Assembly: GCA_035437465.1 (NCBI GenBank)
Contig: DAOMYF010000003.1
Span: forward strand, 391 to 64,390
Reading direction: 5' to 3'
From: Bryobacteraceae bacterium
GTDB taxonomy: Bacteria > Acidobacteriota > Terriglobia > Bryobacterales > Bryobacteraceae
DNA: 64,000 bases
Part shown: in pieces, positions 37,236-46,979 of the stretch
Layout of the letters: each line of letters opens with the position of its first letter
Position numbering within the stretch: the stretch's first letter is position 1
Translations under genes and position numbers: made by a program
The notes under the pieces: model-generated
What the model was told of the DNA's origin: nothing
Databases searched by the model: none
The model's input: only the letters and a program-made list of their open reading frames with translations

Positions 37236-37952
37236 ATGAGCCAGCCGAAGTACAAGCGGGTGCTGTTGAAACTGAGCGGCGAGGTGCTCGCCGGGGGCGC
37301 CAGTTTTGGCATCGACGGGACCCAGGTGAAATTGCTGGCCGAGGAAGTGGCCGAAGTGTTCCGGACAGGGGTGCAGTTGGGCATCGTGCTGGGCGGGGGC
37401 AATTTCTTTCGGGGCATTTCGTCGGCGGCGCGGGAGATGGACCGGGTGACGGCGGACTCGATGGGGATGCTGGCGACGATCATCAACTGCCTGGCGATGC
37501 AGGACGCGCTGGAGAAGCAGGGAGTGCCGACGCGGGTGATGACGGCGGTCCACATGAATCAACTGGCGGAGCCGTACATCCGGCGGCGGGCGATCCGGCA
37601 CATGGAGAAGGGGCGGGCGGTGGTCTTTGGCGGGGGCACGTCGAATCCGTTTTTCTCGACCGACTCGGCCGGGGCGCTGCGGGCGCTGGAAGTGGGGGCG
37701 GAGGTGCTGGCGAAGGCGACGGGCGTGGATGGGGTTTACGACAAGGATCCCCGCAAGCACGCGGACGCGGTGAAGTTCGACCGGGTGAGTTACAACGAGG
37801 TGCTGGCGAAGAACCTGGCCGTGATGGATGCCTCGGCGGTGGCGATGTGCCGGGACAACGCGATGCCGATCGTGGTCTTCAACCTGAAGACGCGGGGCAA
37901 TATAATGCGAATGACGATGGGCGAGCCGGTAGGCACGCTGATCGGCGCATGA
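37236..37952 (+). CDS. pyrH: UMP kinase
   Basis: MSQPKYKRVLLKLSGEVLAG, GGGNFFRG, and VVFGGGTSNPFFSTDSAGALRA. The maximal ORF begins at 37110, inside tsf. Confidence 0.95.
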   Translation: MSQPKYKRVLLKLSGEVLAGGASFGIDGTQVKLLAEEVAEVFRTGVQLGIVLGGGNFFRGISSAAREMDRVTADSMGMLATIINCLAMQDALEKQGVPTRVMTAVHMNQLAEPYIRRRAIRHMEKGRAVVFGGGTSNPFFSTDSAGALRALEVGAEVLAKATGVDGVYDKDPRKHADAVKFDRVSYNEVLAKNLAVMDASAVAMCRDNAMPIVVFNLKTRGNIMRMTMGEPVGTLIGA

Positions 37953-37980
37953 AGGCACACAGTCCGGTAGGATACAAATT

Positions 37981-38583
37981 ATGAAATCAGATCAATCATC
38001 CGCAGCCTCTTCCGGGCAATTTCAGACGATCAAGGACGTGGAAGCGGCAGCCAAGGGCCGAATGGAGAAGGTGATTTCGGACTTCCAGCACCAGATGACG
38101 ACGCTGCGCACGGGGCGGGCGTCGGTGCATCTGCTGGACGGGGTGACGGTGGAGGCGTACGGCAGTCCGATGCCGATCAGCCATCTCGCGACGCTGCACG
38201 CGCCGGAGCCGACGATGATCACGGTACAGCCCTACGACGCGTCGCAGATCGGGCCGATCGAAAAGGCGATCCGGTCGGCGGACCTGGGGTTGAATCCTTC
38301 GAATGACGGGAAGCTGATCCGGGTGCCGGTGCCGGCCCTGACCGAAGAGCGGCGCAAAGAAATGGTAAAGCACCTGCACGTGATGGTGGAGGAGCACCGG
38401 GTGGCGGTGCGCAACATCCGGCGCGACGCGAATGATCAGTTCAAGAAGATGCTGAAGGACAAGCTGATCAGCGAGGACGAGGACCGTCGCGGGCATGACG
38501 ATGTGCAGAAGATGACAGACGCGCACATCACCAAGCTGGAGGATCTGGCGAAGATCAAAGAAAAGGAAGTGATGGAGATCTGA
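37981..38583 (+). CDS. frr: Ribosome recycling factor
   Basis: LRTGRASVHLLDGVTVEAYGSPMPISHLATL, IRVPVPALTEERRKEMVK, and NIRRDAND. Confidence 0.95.
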   Translation: MKSDQSSAASSGQFQTIKDVEAAAKGRMEKVISDFQHQMTTLRTGRASVHLLDGVTVEAYGSPMPISHLATLHAPEPTMITVQPYDASQIGPIEKAIRSADLGLNPSNDGKLIRVPVPALTEERRKEMVKHLHVMVEEHRVAVRNIRRDANDQFKKMLKDKLISEDEDRRGHDDVQKMTDAHITKLEDLAKIKEKEVMEI

Positions 38584-38605
38584 TCGCGGCGGGAACCGGG
38601 ATCGG

Positions 38606-41122
38606 TCAGGGGGCTTCGCGCGCGGGCGCGGAGCCCTTTTCGTTTTCAATGCATTCGGCGAGGCGCTGCCGGAGGAGCCCGTCACGTCCGAACTGGCGTT
38701 GAACCGGGGGCGCGGCCCCGTCGAACAACTCTCTGGCCTCGCGGTAGTGTACGCAGGCCGCGGCGGGGTCGGAGGCGGACAGGCGCTCTCCGCGGAGGTA
38801 GGGGATGAGGATCGCGGCATAGCCGGGCGGGCGGCTGGAGACGGATAGAGCGTCGATCCTCGCGAGGGCCTGGTCGAGGGCGGGCCAATCCTGAAGCTGT
38901 GCGCTGTAGCCGGCGGACCAGGCGAGTGGATACCAGAGCGAGTTCCGGTACCACTGGTTGGCGGGATCGATTTCGACGAGGATCGTGCGTTGGCGGAGGA
39001 TTTCCAGAAGGAGGTCGCGGGCTTCGGCGAGCCGCCCGGAGCGGGAATAGTAGGTGGCGACGACGCTCTGGTCGAAGGTGAGATCGAGGCGAGCCTGGGC
39101 GTTGGCGGGGTTCAGCGCGACGCGTTTTTCATCGAGGGGTAGTGCGCGCTGGATGTACTTGTAAGACTCTTCGGTGCCGGGGGGGAAGAGTCCGGCTGCG
39201 TACTTCCAGGCCAGCGCCTGGGAGCGCCAGTTGTTGTCGTCGCCACCAAACTGGCGTTCGTCTTCCGCGGCGAGCGCGGCGACCCGCTCGAAATACTTCA
39301 GACATTCGGCCTGGTCGCGGGTGATGCGGGCGCGGTGGAAGTAGAAACTGACGGCCGTTCGATACAGCGGGCGGGTGGGGGATGGCGAGGCGGCGAGGCG
39401 ATCCATTTCGGGTTCCAGGCGGCGGATGGCGGCGTCGTACGCGGGCCGGTTGTCAAACGAGTCCTGGATGGCGAGGCGGAGGCGATTATCGAGAAGGAGC
39501 CGGCGGCTCTCGAGTGAGCCGGGCTGCAGGGCGGCGAGGCGGTCGATCAGGCGGGCGCGCTTCTGGAGCAGGGATCGCGCCTTCTGGCGGTCGCCGAGAT
39601 TAGCGTTTTCGCCTCCGTAGGTGTCGGAGAGGCTGCCGAGGGCGTCGATCGAGACGAACAACGGGCCGGGATCCCTGAGGGTGGATTCGTCGAGACGCTC
39701 GAGGTGTTCGAGAGTGCGGGCCAGCAGTTGGGCGCGGATGGGTGTGGCGCCGGGGAGATTGGCGATATCCCGGTAGGTTTCGCCGACGAACGAGTAGCTC
39801 AACTGGAGCAGACCATCGCGGCGCTGGTCGGCGAGGGTGCGCTGCCGGTGAGCTTCCGTGAGCGCCTGTTGCGTGAGCTCGCGGGCGGCGACGGCCTCGC
39901 GAGCCGCGGCCTCGGCTTCCCGCTGGCGCTCGACGGCGACGATGCGCTGCCGGTCGGCCTCGCGAGCCTGGTAGAGTGCGGTGACCGCGCCCCCGACGAT
40001 GCCCGCCAGGGCAATCAGCGTGGTTGTGGCGGCCAGGGCGTGGCGGCGCAGGTACCGCGAAACCAGGTACAGAGCGCTGGCATGTCTGGCGTGGACGGGC
40101 AGACCCTCGAGGAAGCGGCCCAGGTCGGCGGAGAACTCGCTCGCGCTCGGGTAGCGGCGGGCTGGCTCGGGGTCCGTGGCCCTGTCAAGGATGGAGACCA
40201 GATCGGCCGGGAGTCCAGGCGCTGGAGGCAACCGGAAGTCGCCTGCCTCCGACAGCACTTCGGCCAGCGGACGCCGTGTCCAACGGCGCGGGCGCTGACC
40301 GGTGAGCATCTCATAGAAGACCAGTGCGAACGAGTAGAGGTCGGACGTGGTGGAAACCGGTTCGCCGCGGATCTGCTCCGGGCTGGCATAGTCGATGCTG
40401 AGCGCGCGATAGAGTGTCTCCGTCCTGGCTGCGGAACCGGCGTTCTCGACCATCCGGGCGATGCCGAAATCGAGCAGTTTGGGCGATCCTTCGGCGGTGC
40501 AGAGGATATTGCCGGGTTTGAGGTCGCGATGGACGACCAAGTTGGCGTGGGCATGCTGGAGGGCGTCGAGGATCTTGCGTGCCAGGCGGACCCGCGCGGC
40601 CCGGGGGAGTTCGGCGCAATACTCCGTGACCGGCGGGCCGTCGACGAACTCGAGGACAAAGTTCGGAATCTCGCCCGGTCCGATACCGGCATCCATCATC
40701 TGAGCGATGTAAGGGTGCCGGAGGCGGGCCAGGATCTGCTTCTCGCCATGGAAGCGCTCCAACAGCGCTGGGGTGGCGAACGGCGTATTCAGAAACTTGA
40801 TGGCGGCCAGCATGTCGGCCTCGCCGTCGGCCCGGCGGGCGAGCCAGACCGCGCCCATGCCGCCGCGGCCGAGTTCGCGTTCGAGCCGCCAGGGACCCAG
40901 TCTCAGGCCGGGAGCGAGGCGGAATGCGGCGACGGGCGAGTTCTCAAAAAAGGCCTCCGCCTCCGAGGATTGGGCGAGCAGGCTCTCCGCCTGACGGAGA
41001 GTGTCCGGGTGGCGGGCCAGGCGTTCCCGGAGATAGGCCAGCCTTTCGGGCTCTGGGAGTTCCAGGGCCGTCGCGAGGGCCTCGTCCAACAAATTCCAGT
41101 CTCCGGCCGGCACGGTTCTCAA
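38606..41122 (-). CDS. Ser/Thr protein kinase with one TM helix and large TPR-like extracytoplasmic/C-terminal region
   Basis: GRGGMGAVWLA, AIKFL, HRDLKPGNIL, DFGIA, and a TM segment LIALAGIVGGAVTALY. The start is TTG 41122 (overlapping the sigma stop codon as TTGA) or GTG 41113. Confidence 0.9.
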   Translation of the reverse strand: MRTVPAGDWNLLDEALATALELPEPERLAYLRERLARHPDTLRQAESLLAQSSEAEAFFENSPVAAFRLAPGLRLGPWRLERELGRGGMGAVWLARRADGEADMLAAIKFLNTPFATPALLERFHGEKQILARLRHPYIAQMMDAGIGPGEIPNFVLEFVDGPPVTEYCAELPRAARVRLARKILDALQHAHANLVVHRDLKPGNILCTAEGSPKLLDFGIARMVENAGSAARTETLYRALSIDYASPEQIRGEPVSTTSDLYSFALVFYEMLTGQRPRRWTRRPLAEVLSEAGDFRLPPAPGLPADLVSILDRATDPEPARRYPSASEFSADLGRFLEGLPVHARHASALYLVSRYLRRHALAATTTLIALAGIVGGAVTALYQAREADRQRIVAVERQREAEAAAREAVAARELTQQALTEAHRQRTLADQRRDGLLQLSYSFVGETYRDIANLPGATPIRAQLLARTLEHLERLDESTLRDPGPLFVSIDALGSLSDTYGGENANLGDRQKARSLLQKRARLIDRLAALQPGSLESRRLLLDNRLRLAIQDSFDNRPAYDAAIRRLEPEMDRLAASPSPTRPLYRTAVSFYFHRARITRDQAECLKYFERVAALAAEDERQFGGDDNNWRSQALAWKYAAGLFPPGTEESYKYIQRALPLDEKRVALNPANAQARLDLTFDQSVVATYYSRSGRLAEARDLLLEILRQRTILVEIDPANQWYRNSLWYPLAWSAGYSAQLQDWPALDQALARIDALSVSSRPPGYAAILIPYLRGERLSASDPAAACVHYREARELFDGAAPPVQRQFGRDGLLRQRLAECIENEKGSAPAREAP

Positions 41123-41709
41123 CTCGCGGACTTCTGCAACTGATCAAACAGCCATAGCCTGGCGACGGACCAGTGGCGCTTCACCGTGGCTGGGGACAGG
41201 CCAAGCGCCCGGGCGGTCGCATCGATTGACAGGTCCCCGAAGTAGCGAAGTTCCACTATCCTTGCTTTCAATGAATCCACCTCCTCCAATCTGGCCATGG
41301 CGGCATCCAGCGCAATGATGGTCTCGGGGGTCTCCTCCCAGACTGTTGCAACGGCGAGAGCCTTGGTGATCGAGACCTGCTGCTGCCCGCCGCCGCGCTT
41401 CTGGCTGGCCCGGCGGCGGGCACGGGCCACCAGGATCTGGCGCATGAGGTAGCCGGCGATGTGGAAGAAGTGCTCGGCGCTTTCGGCGTCCACCGAGCCC
41501 TGCCGCTCGAGTTCGAGGTAAAGGTCGTTGACGAGCGAGGTGGGACGGGTGCGGCTGGTGGTGGACTCCTGCCGGATCAGATTTCCGGCCATGCGGTGCA
41601 GATCGCGATAGACGAGAGGAATCAGGTGATCCAGGGCGGGGCGGTCACCGGCGCCCAGGCGTTGCAGCAGGGGTTCAATTCGCTGGCGGTCAAGTTCCCC
41701 TGCGGACAT
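41119..41709 (-). CDS. ECF sigma factor of the kinase-associated type (Sigma70_ECF/TIGR02999-like, ECF43-like)
   Basis: LIPLVYRDLHRMAGNLI, TSLVNDLYLEL, HFFHIAGYLMRQILVARARRRASQKRGGG, and an HTH ATARALGLSPATVKRHWSVARLWL. Start is at MSAGELD; the maximal ORF extends to 41943. Confidence 0.85.
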   Translation of the reverse strand: MSAGELDRQRIEPLLQRLGAGDRPALDHLIPLVYRDLHRMAGNLIRQESTTSRTRPTSLVNDLYLELERQGSVDAESAEHFFHIAGYLMRQILVARARRRASQKRGGGQQQVSITKALAVATVWEETPETIIALDAAMARLEEVDSLKARIVELRYFGDLSIDATARALGLSPATVKRHWSVARLWLFDQLQKSAS

Positions 41710-42038
41710 CACTGCCACTCTATCACGGGATTCCGCATAGGGTTGTCCGCCTGATGTGCACTTATTTGTACGGAAAAGAGGGCAATTCGGAGGCCGTTCC
41801 TCCGTGCGAGCCGGCGCGGCTGCCGCCGCGCCGGTTGGCCTTTGGCAACGCGCTTCGATGGCGGTGGACCTGAGATGGCGGGGCGTCGCGATTATTGCCG
41901 AAGACTGGGCCGGGAAGCGATTTCCGCCGCTGCACTCGTTCATTTCCGGGTTGATTGCCGGACATTCTACGCCCGGAGGCAGGGTGGTTGTGCTGGAAAC
42001 GGGTTTTGTTATTCTGGTTTTTCTGATAGTCTGCGGCC

Positions 42039-43229
42039 ATGCTCAGCCAATTCATTGCAGTCTTCTTACTGTTTCCTGCGGCGCAGGCGGCGGGCGCGGA
42101 GCGCGAGGTGGTCCGGCAGGCGCTGGAGCTATCGCAGGTCTGCGCGCAATCGAACCAGGTGCTGTGGGCGGGTACGATCGAGGTGGTTGGACAGCGGGGT
42201 GAGGAGCCGCTGCGGCCGTTGAGCAAGGCTCGAGTCCGCTATGCCCAGGCCGGACCGGGGCGACGGTACCTGCATTTACGGCCGGAAGAAAAGGATGAGT
42301 ACTATCTGATCTCGAACGGCGAGAAATCCTGGGCCTATGTGCCGAAGCTGAAGCGTTACACGGAAACGGAAGGGGCGGCCGTGGCGGGTGAGGATGCGGG
42401 CGGACGGGATGATGAGAGGGATCTGGCCGAGTCGATGGCGCCGGACGTTCTGGCCGTCTTTGGCGCGGTTCATCAGGAGATCGAAGCCGCCGACGAACCC
42501 GGCCCGGTGACAGTCCGCTATGGGGGCCGGAAGCACTCATGGCCATCGGCCCGCCTCCTGTCGAAGCAGTCCCCGAATGGGGACCGGCACATGTTTGAGA
42601 TAGCGTTTGACCCGGCGAGCGGCCGGATCGGGCGGTTGGTGTGGTCGGCGGTCAGCCGGGGAAATAGCGGCGAACGTCTCCTGATTCGCACCACGGTGGA
42701 CTTCGAGGAGACCCGTTTGGGGGAGGACCTGGGCGGCGAGTTATTCGAATTTGTTCCCCCTCGCAACGTCTCACTGGTCGATGCCCTGCCGATTCCGGGT
42801 CAGACGGGCTCCTTCCTGCAGGGTCAGACCGCGCCCGATTTTGAACTCCGGACACTAAGCGGCGAGAAAGTCCGGCTGGGCGACCTCCGCGGCCGTCCGG
42901 TGCTGCTGAACTTCTGGGCGAGCTGGTGTGGGCCGTGCCGGAAAGAGCTTCCTGTCCTTTCGCTCCTGCACCTGGACTATGAAGCACGCGGACTGATCAT
43001 TTTGGGGGTGAACGATGAAGGGCGGAACACAGCATCCCAGGCGGCCCGGCAGATGAAATTGCCCTTCGAGACGCTGGGCGATGGCGCCCGCAAGGCGCAC
43101 AAGCTCTACCGGGTCCAGGCGATTCCCAGCATCTTCCTGATCGACCGGGACGGACGCGTGGTCCGCTACCTCCGCGGGGCGCAGTCGGAACAGGCGCTCC
43201 GGGCCGCTTTGCGCGAACTCGGGCTGTGA
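42039..43229 (+). CDS. Secreted TlpA-family thiol:disulfide oxidoreductase with N-terminal LolA-like/unknown domain
   Basis: The C-terminal thioredoxin fold reads APDFELRTLSGEKVRLGDLRGRPVLLNFWASWCGPCRKELP (WCGPC active site). Has an N-terminal signal peptide. Confidence 0.8.
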   Translation: MLSQFIAVFLLFPAAQAAGAEREVVRQALELSQVCAQSNQVLWAGTIEVVGQRGEEPLRPLSKARVRYAQAGPGRRYLHLRPEEKDEYYLISNGEKSWAYVPKLKRYTETEGAAVAGEDAGGRDDERDLAESMAPDVLAVFGAVHQEIEAADEPGPVTVRYGGRKHSWPSARLLSKQSPNGDRHMFEIAFDPASGRIGRLVWSAVSRGNSGERLLIRTTVDFEETRLGEDLGGELFEFVPPRNVSLVDALPIPGQTGSFLQGQTAPDFELRTLSGEKVRLGDLRGRPVLLNFWASWCGPCRKELPVLSLLHLDYEARGLIILGVNDEGRNTASQAARQMKLPFETLGDGARKAHKLYRVQAIPSIFLIDRDGRVVRYLRGAQSEQALRAALRELGL

Positions 43230-43251
43230 GCGGCGCCGCCGGGCGCCGGAT

Positions 43252-43719
43252 TTAGCGCCGATCGTAGTGTTCAGTCCAGCTTTTCCGGCCCGCCGGCGAT
43301 TGGACGGTCAGCCGCCGGGTGAGCGTCTTGCCGGATCGCGCGATGGTGGTTTGCGCGGTCTCCGTGCAGCGTCCGTCACTCGACCGGAAGGTGGATTCGA
43401 CGGTCCAGGGGTCTATGCGCCGCAAGGTGATCATCCCATCTCCAAACGAGCGGGACATGGCGTACTCTTCGCCGTCCAGCGAGCCCGAGAAGCTGAATTC
43501 GCGGGTCTCCTCGTTGGCGTACTGGACGGCGCCATGGTAGTCGAGCTGGGGCTCATGGTGTTCGATCGTCAGAACGACGCTCAACGGCTTCACCACCTTG
43601 CCCCAACGCGATTTCTCCACGTTCAGATGCCAGGAGCCAGTCAGATCAGCGGGTTGAGCCGCGGCCATGCCCAGGGACAGCGCGGCGAGGACGGCCGGAA
43701 ACGAGATCCAGATCCGCAT
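43252..43719 (-). CDS. Hypothetical small secreted protein (lipocalin-like beta-barrel guess)
   Basis: Signal peptide MRIWISFPAVLAALSLGMAAAQ. Composition is beta-rich. No diagnostic motif recognised. Confidence 0.55.
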   Translation of the reverse strand: MRIWISFPAVLAALSLGMAAAQPADLTGSWHLNVEKSRWGKVVKPLSVVLTIEHHEPQLDYHGAVQYANEETREFSFSGSLDGEEYAMSRSFGDGMITLRRIDPWTVESTFRSSDGRCTETAQTTIARSGKTLTRRLTVQSPAGRKSWTEHYDRR

Positions 43720-43867
43720 AGCGGGAACCTCCTACGTCCATCCCCAGAATACGCCTGTCCTGCACCCGTTGGAAGTAGATTCGGTGTCCGAAAGAGAGCC
43801 CATTGGCGGGCCTAAGTGACCAGAAGATGGATAACCTTGCGATGGGCAGGCACGCCTGCATAGACGT

Positions 43868-45580
43868 ATGGACCACAAGTCTCTCCAAGGACCATCGCGC
43901 TCACCCGGCGACTGGTTTCTTGCACTTATCCTGCTCATCTTATTGTCTCTCCCATCCCCTGCCGCCGGTTCCAACGACATCCAGTTCTACGATGTCAACG
44001 TTTACTCCGGTTTTTCCGGCGCCATTTCACCCAATTCGATCCAACTGGCCTGTTCCGGCCGGCAGGATGTCCTGATGACCCATTTCGTCAGCCACCGCCT
44101 GCCGTTTGACCCCCTGATCGTCCGGCGAATCGACAATCAGACCTGCCATATCCACTACGAGCCCTCAATCCATGGCTTCCGCGCCCACGCGGAAAGTCAC
44201 GCCATCCGTGGAATGTTTGTGGACATTCCTCACATGCGCCTGCTGGCCCGTCCCGGCCTGCCGCTGGGTGACAGTCTGGATATCGTCAAGGCTGTGCTGG
44301 CGAGAGCGCCAGGCGCCCTTGATGTCAGTCTCGGTGTCGCCGGGAGCGTGCCCCGCCCGCTCGTCAACCGCTCTCTGCAGGTTCATTTCCCCAATTCCCG
44401 CCACCGGATCAACCTGCGCCCGAATCCGGACGTTCAGGTGAACTCCTGGTCGCAGGATTTCATCAAGAGCGGAGAAGTTCGGGAGACCACGCGTCTGCTC
44501 ACCCCGCGACGCATTTTCGAGGGCGACAAGGCCAATGGCGAACAGTTCAAGGCGCTGCTCGATGCCCTCGCGTCGAAGCGGACAGGCCGAAGCCGGATCT
44601 CCTGGGAAGGTGGCGACCTGATGTTTGTCCGTTCACCGCGGGATCCGCAAAGACTCCTGCTGTTTTACGGTGATGCCGCCCGCCCCTACTGGGCGGACAA
44701 CCTGACCGAGGAAGAATACGCCTACGTCCTGCGCGTCGAATTCGGCGCTGACGAGGCCATCTACTTCGGAAGCGTCGCCCCGCACGTGGACTATGTCGTT
44801 TCCTTCATTCCCGAGCACCAGACCGCCCTGCTGGTCCAACCCGTGACCGGCAATCTGGAACTGGCGCAGGCCGCCGTGAAGATGTTGTCGCTCACCTTTT
44901 CCGCCCCTGTGCCGACGCTTGTGCGTCAGTTGGAATCCGCACTAACCGGCCCGGAATCGCTCCAATTGAACTCTGCCCGGATTCGCGAACTGCTCGCACA
45001 AGCCCGCCGTGAGTCGCACGGATGGGCCATGCCCGTGGATGGGGCCGCGTATGAGCGGATCGATGCTTATATGAAAGAGGCCTGCCCCCAAGATGCCCTG
45101 GCCTGCGTTGGACCCCGGCAATTGCCCTCGCTGGTCGCGAACCACCCCGACCTGCTGGCCGACTGGGTGCAGATGGCCGCAGTGCTCCGAGCAGGACAGA
45201 GCTTGCCCGTCGCCATGTTCTCCGTGATCGAGGACCAGTTGCCCGGCCAGACCGCCGAGAAGGAGCGCCGCCTCCGCGAAAAGGCCGAAACATTGGAAAG
45301 ACTGGGGTTCCGCGTCATTCGCGTACCCTGGATCGGTGGCGAAATGACCGGCAGCCAACTTTGGGCCGGAGTCAGTTACGCCAATCTCCTCCTTCTCGAC
45401 CACACCCTGTTTGTCCCGGTTTTCGGCTTCGGCGTGCCAGAGCAGAAACTGGTAGAGGACATCGAACCGCGCCTGCCCGCCGGGTACCGGGTGGTTCCCA
45501 TCCTGGCCCGTTCCGCGCTGCTGCAGAACGGCGGCGTGCATTGCGTGATGGGCCTGGTTCGCGGCGACGGCATCTTCTGA
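43868..45580 (+). CDS. Membrane-anchored agmatine deiminase / Porphyromonas-type peptidylarginine deiminase-like protein (guanidino-group modifying enzyme fold)
   Basis: N-terminal TM/signal anchor WFLALILLILLSL. Family motifs occur in order: SWSQDF, WEGGDLMF, PHVDYVVSF, YANLLLLDHTLFVPVFG, and the C-terminal catalytic NGGVHCVMG. Confidence 0.65.
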   Translation: MDHKSLQGPSRSPGDWFLALILLILLSLPSPAAGSNDIQFYDVNVYSGFSGAISPNSIQLACSGRQDVLMTHFVSHRLPFDPLIVRRIDNQTCHIHYEPSIHGFRAHAESHAIRGMFVDIPHMRLLARPGLPLGDSLDIVKAVLARAPGALDVSLGVAGSVPRPLVNRSLQVHFPNSRHRINLRPNPDVQVNSWSQDFIKSGEVRETTRLLTPRRIFEGDKANGEQFKALLDALASKRTGRSRISWEGGDLMFVRSPRDPQRLLLFYGDAARPYWADNLTEEEYAYVLRVEFGADEAIYFGSVAPHVDYVVSFIPEHQTALLVQPVTGNLELAQAAVKMLSLTFSAPVPTLVRQLESALTGPESLQLNSARIRELLAQARRESHGWAMPVDGAAYERIDAYMKEACPQDALACVGPRQLPSLVANHPDLLADWVQMAAVLRAGQSLPVAMFSVIEDQLPGQTAEKERRLREKAETLERLGFRVIRVPWIGGEMTGSQLWAGVSYANLLLLDHTLFVPVFGFGVPEQKLVEDIEPRLPAGYRVVPILARSALLQNGGVHCVMGLVRGDGIF

Positions 45581-45581
45581 T

Positions 45582-46970
45582 TCACGGCGTCACCTGGACG
45601 ATCAGGCGGCGGTACGAGGTCAGGCGTGGCGTCCCCGAATCGGTCACCTCGAGGATGACGTGGACCGTGCCTCCACGCTGAACCTTCGCGGGCAGGTGCA
45701 ACTGCGCCTCCGCGCTGTCGTGCTTCTCCACTCGCGCCGACGCCGCCTCCCGCAGCGTGCCGGCCTCCGGGTAGACGAACCAGCGGTAGGTCAGCCTGTT
45801 TCCGTCCGGGTCAGTCGAACCCAGCGCCGACAGTGCCAGCACCGCGCCCGCTTTCGCGATTGCCTCGACCGGAGCGCGCCCCGGTATCCCGTTCAACACG
45901 GCGGCCGGATTGTGGTTCGCTGCGTTCCGGGGCTGGACGCACCAGTCCATCCGGGCCGCGAAATCATTCTGATAGGCTTCGCGCCAGCGCCAGATCGTTG
46001 CCTGGTTCGAGGTGTGTTCCCGGTTGTCGGAGAGTCGCAACGTGTCCCGGGCGTCCGTCCAGATGGGTCGCGTCTCTCCGTATCCGCGGCGGAGTTCATA
46101 ACGCCCGCCCCAGCCTCCGTAGGATGGCGAAACATCCCCCGCGAGGCCGTTCGGAATCAGATTCAGAAACGATGGCGTGTCCCCCTCCATGATGTACGCC
46201 ACCAGCGGATACCTCGCGCCCAGCGGACCGTGATTCTCGATGATGTTCTCCTTCAGCCACGGGTTGTCCACCAGGTGGAAATTCTCGCCCGGGGCATTGC
46301 GGTAGTGGCGGTCGCCCCCGATGCCGCTCCAGGTGGACCGCCAGTACTCGGGCTTCAGCACGTCCGTGGGACTTCCGATAAAGAACAGGCCTGGGAACGT
46401 CACTCGCAGCCAGCGGCTCGCGTCATCCTGATCCGAAATCGTGTACACACGCAGTTTGGCGACGAATTTCTCCAACTCCTCCGGCGAGCGGGAGTACTTC
46501 ACATCCCACAACGCCTGGGCCAGTGTGTTCGCGCCGCCCCAGACCGGAACCCACACCGGGCGCGGGTCCGGCCGGTCCACCACTTCGATGATCCACTTCG
46601 AGCCTTCCGTTGACCGCCCCTCGCCCACTGCCTCCATCCCGAAGCCGGTCTGTCCGGACTTGATCACCCCCAGCAGTTTCTCCGTCTCCGGATACCCTGG
46701 GGCATGGAGCAGCAGATTGGCGCGTACCTGCCCGTAAGCTGCGACGGTCTCGCGAATGATGTCCGGCCGGATGCGATCCCGCAACCAGACTGACGTCGTC
46801 GCCACCAGTCCTTCCACCTCGAATTCGTTCGCATAGAGCAGGAACCGGACCAGCGATTCCTCGTCGTCCGGTTCATTGGAAATGTCGGTCAGGACCAGCA
46901 CCCGCGGCTTCGTTTCAGCCGGAAGCAGAGGCAGACCGAGCAGCATTAAGAAGAAAACGGCGCGCAACAT
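45582..46970 (-). CDS. Secreted DUF1593 (nucleoside-hydrolase-like) domain protein with C-terminal Ig-like domain
   Basis: Signal peptide, then PRVLVLTDISNEPDDEESLVRFLLYANEFEVEGLVATTS, which I recognise as the DUF1593 N-terminal signature. Confidence 0.8.
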   Translation of the reverse strand: MLRAVFFLMLLGLPLLPAETKPRVLVLTDISNEPDDEESLVRFLLYANEFEVEGLVATTSVWLRDRIRPDIIRETVAAYGQVRANLLLHAPGYPETEKLLGVIKSGQTGFGMEAVGEGRSTEGSKWIIEVVDRPDPRPVWVPVWGGANTLAQALWDVKYSRSPEELEKFVAKLRVYTISDQDDASRWLRVTFPGLFFIGSPTDVLKPEYWRSTWSGIGGDRHYRNAPGENFHLVDNPWLKENIIENHGPLGARYPLVAYIMEGDTPSFLNLIPNGLAGDVSPSYGGWGGRYELRRGYGETRPIWTDARDTLRLSDNREHTSNQATIWRWREAYQNDFAARMDWCVQPRNAANHNPAAVLNGIPGRAPVEAIAKAGAVLALSALGSTDPDGNRLTYRWFVYPEAGTLREAASARVEKHDSAEAQLHLPAKVQRGGTVHVILEVTDSGTPRLTSYRRLIVQVTP

Positions 46971-46979
46971 GCGCCCAGT

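Noticed and set aside
41756-42226. ORFs 41756..42202 (+), 41762..42226 (-) and 41842..42222 (+) in the sigma / TlpA-like intergenic region
   Set aside because: These are mutually overlapping, Gly/Arg/Ala-rich, and have no Shine-Dalgarno or motif. They run into the well-supported signal peptide of the TlpA-like gene. The region is treated as a divergent promoter region.
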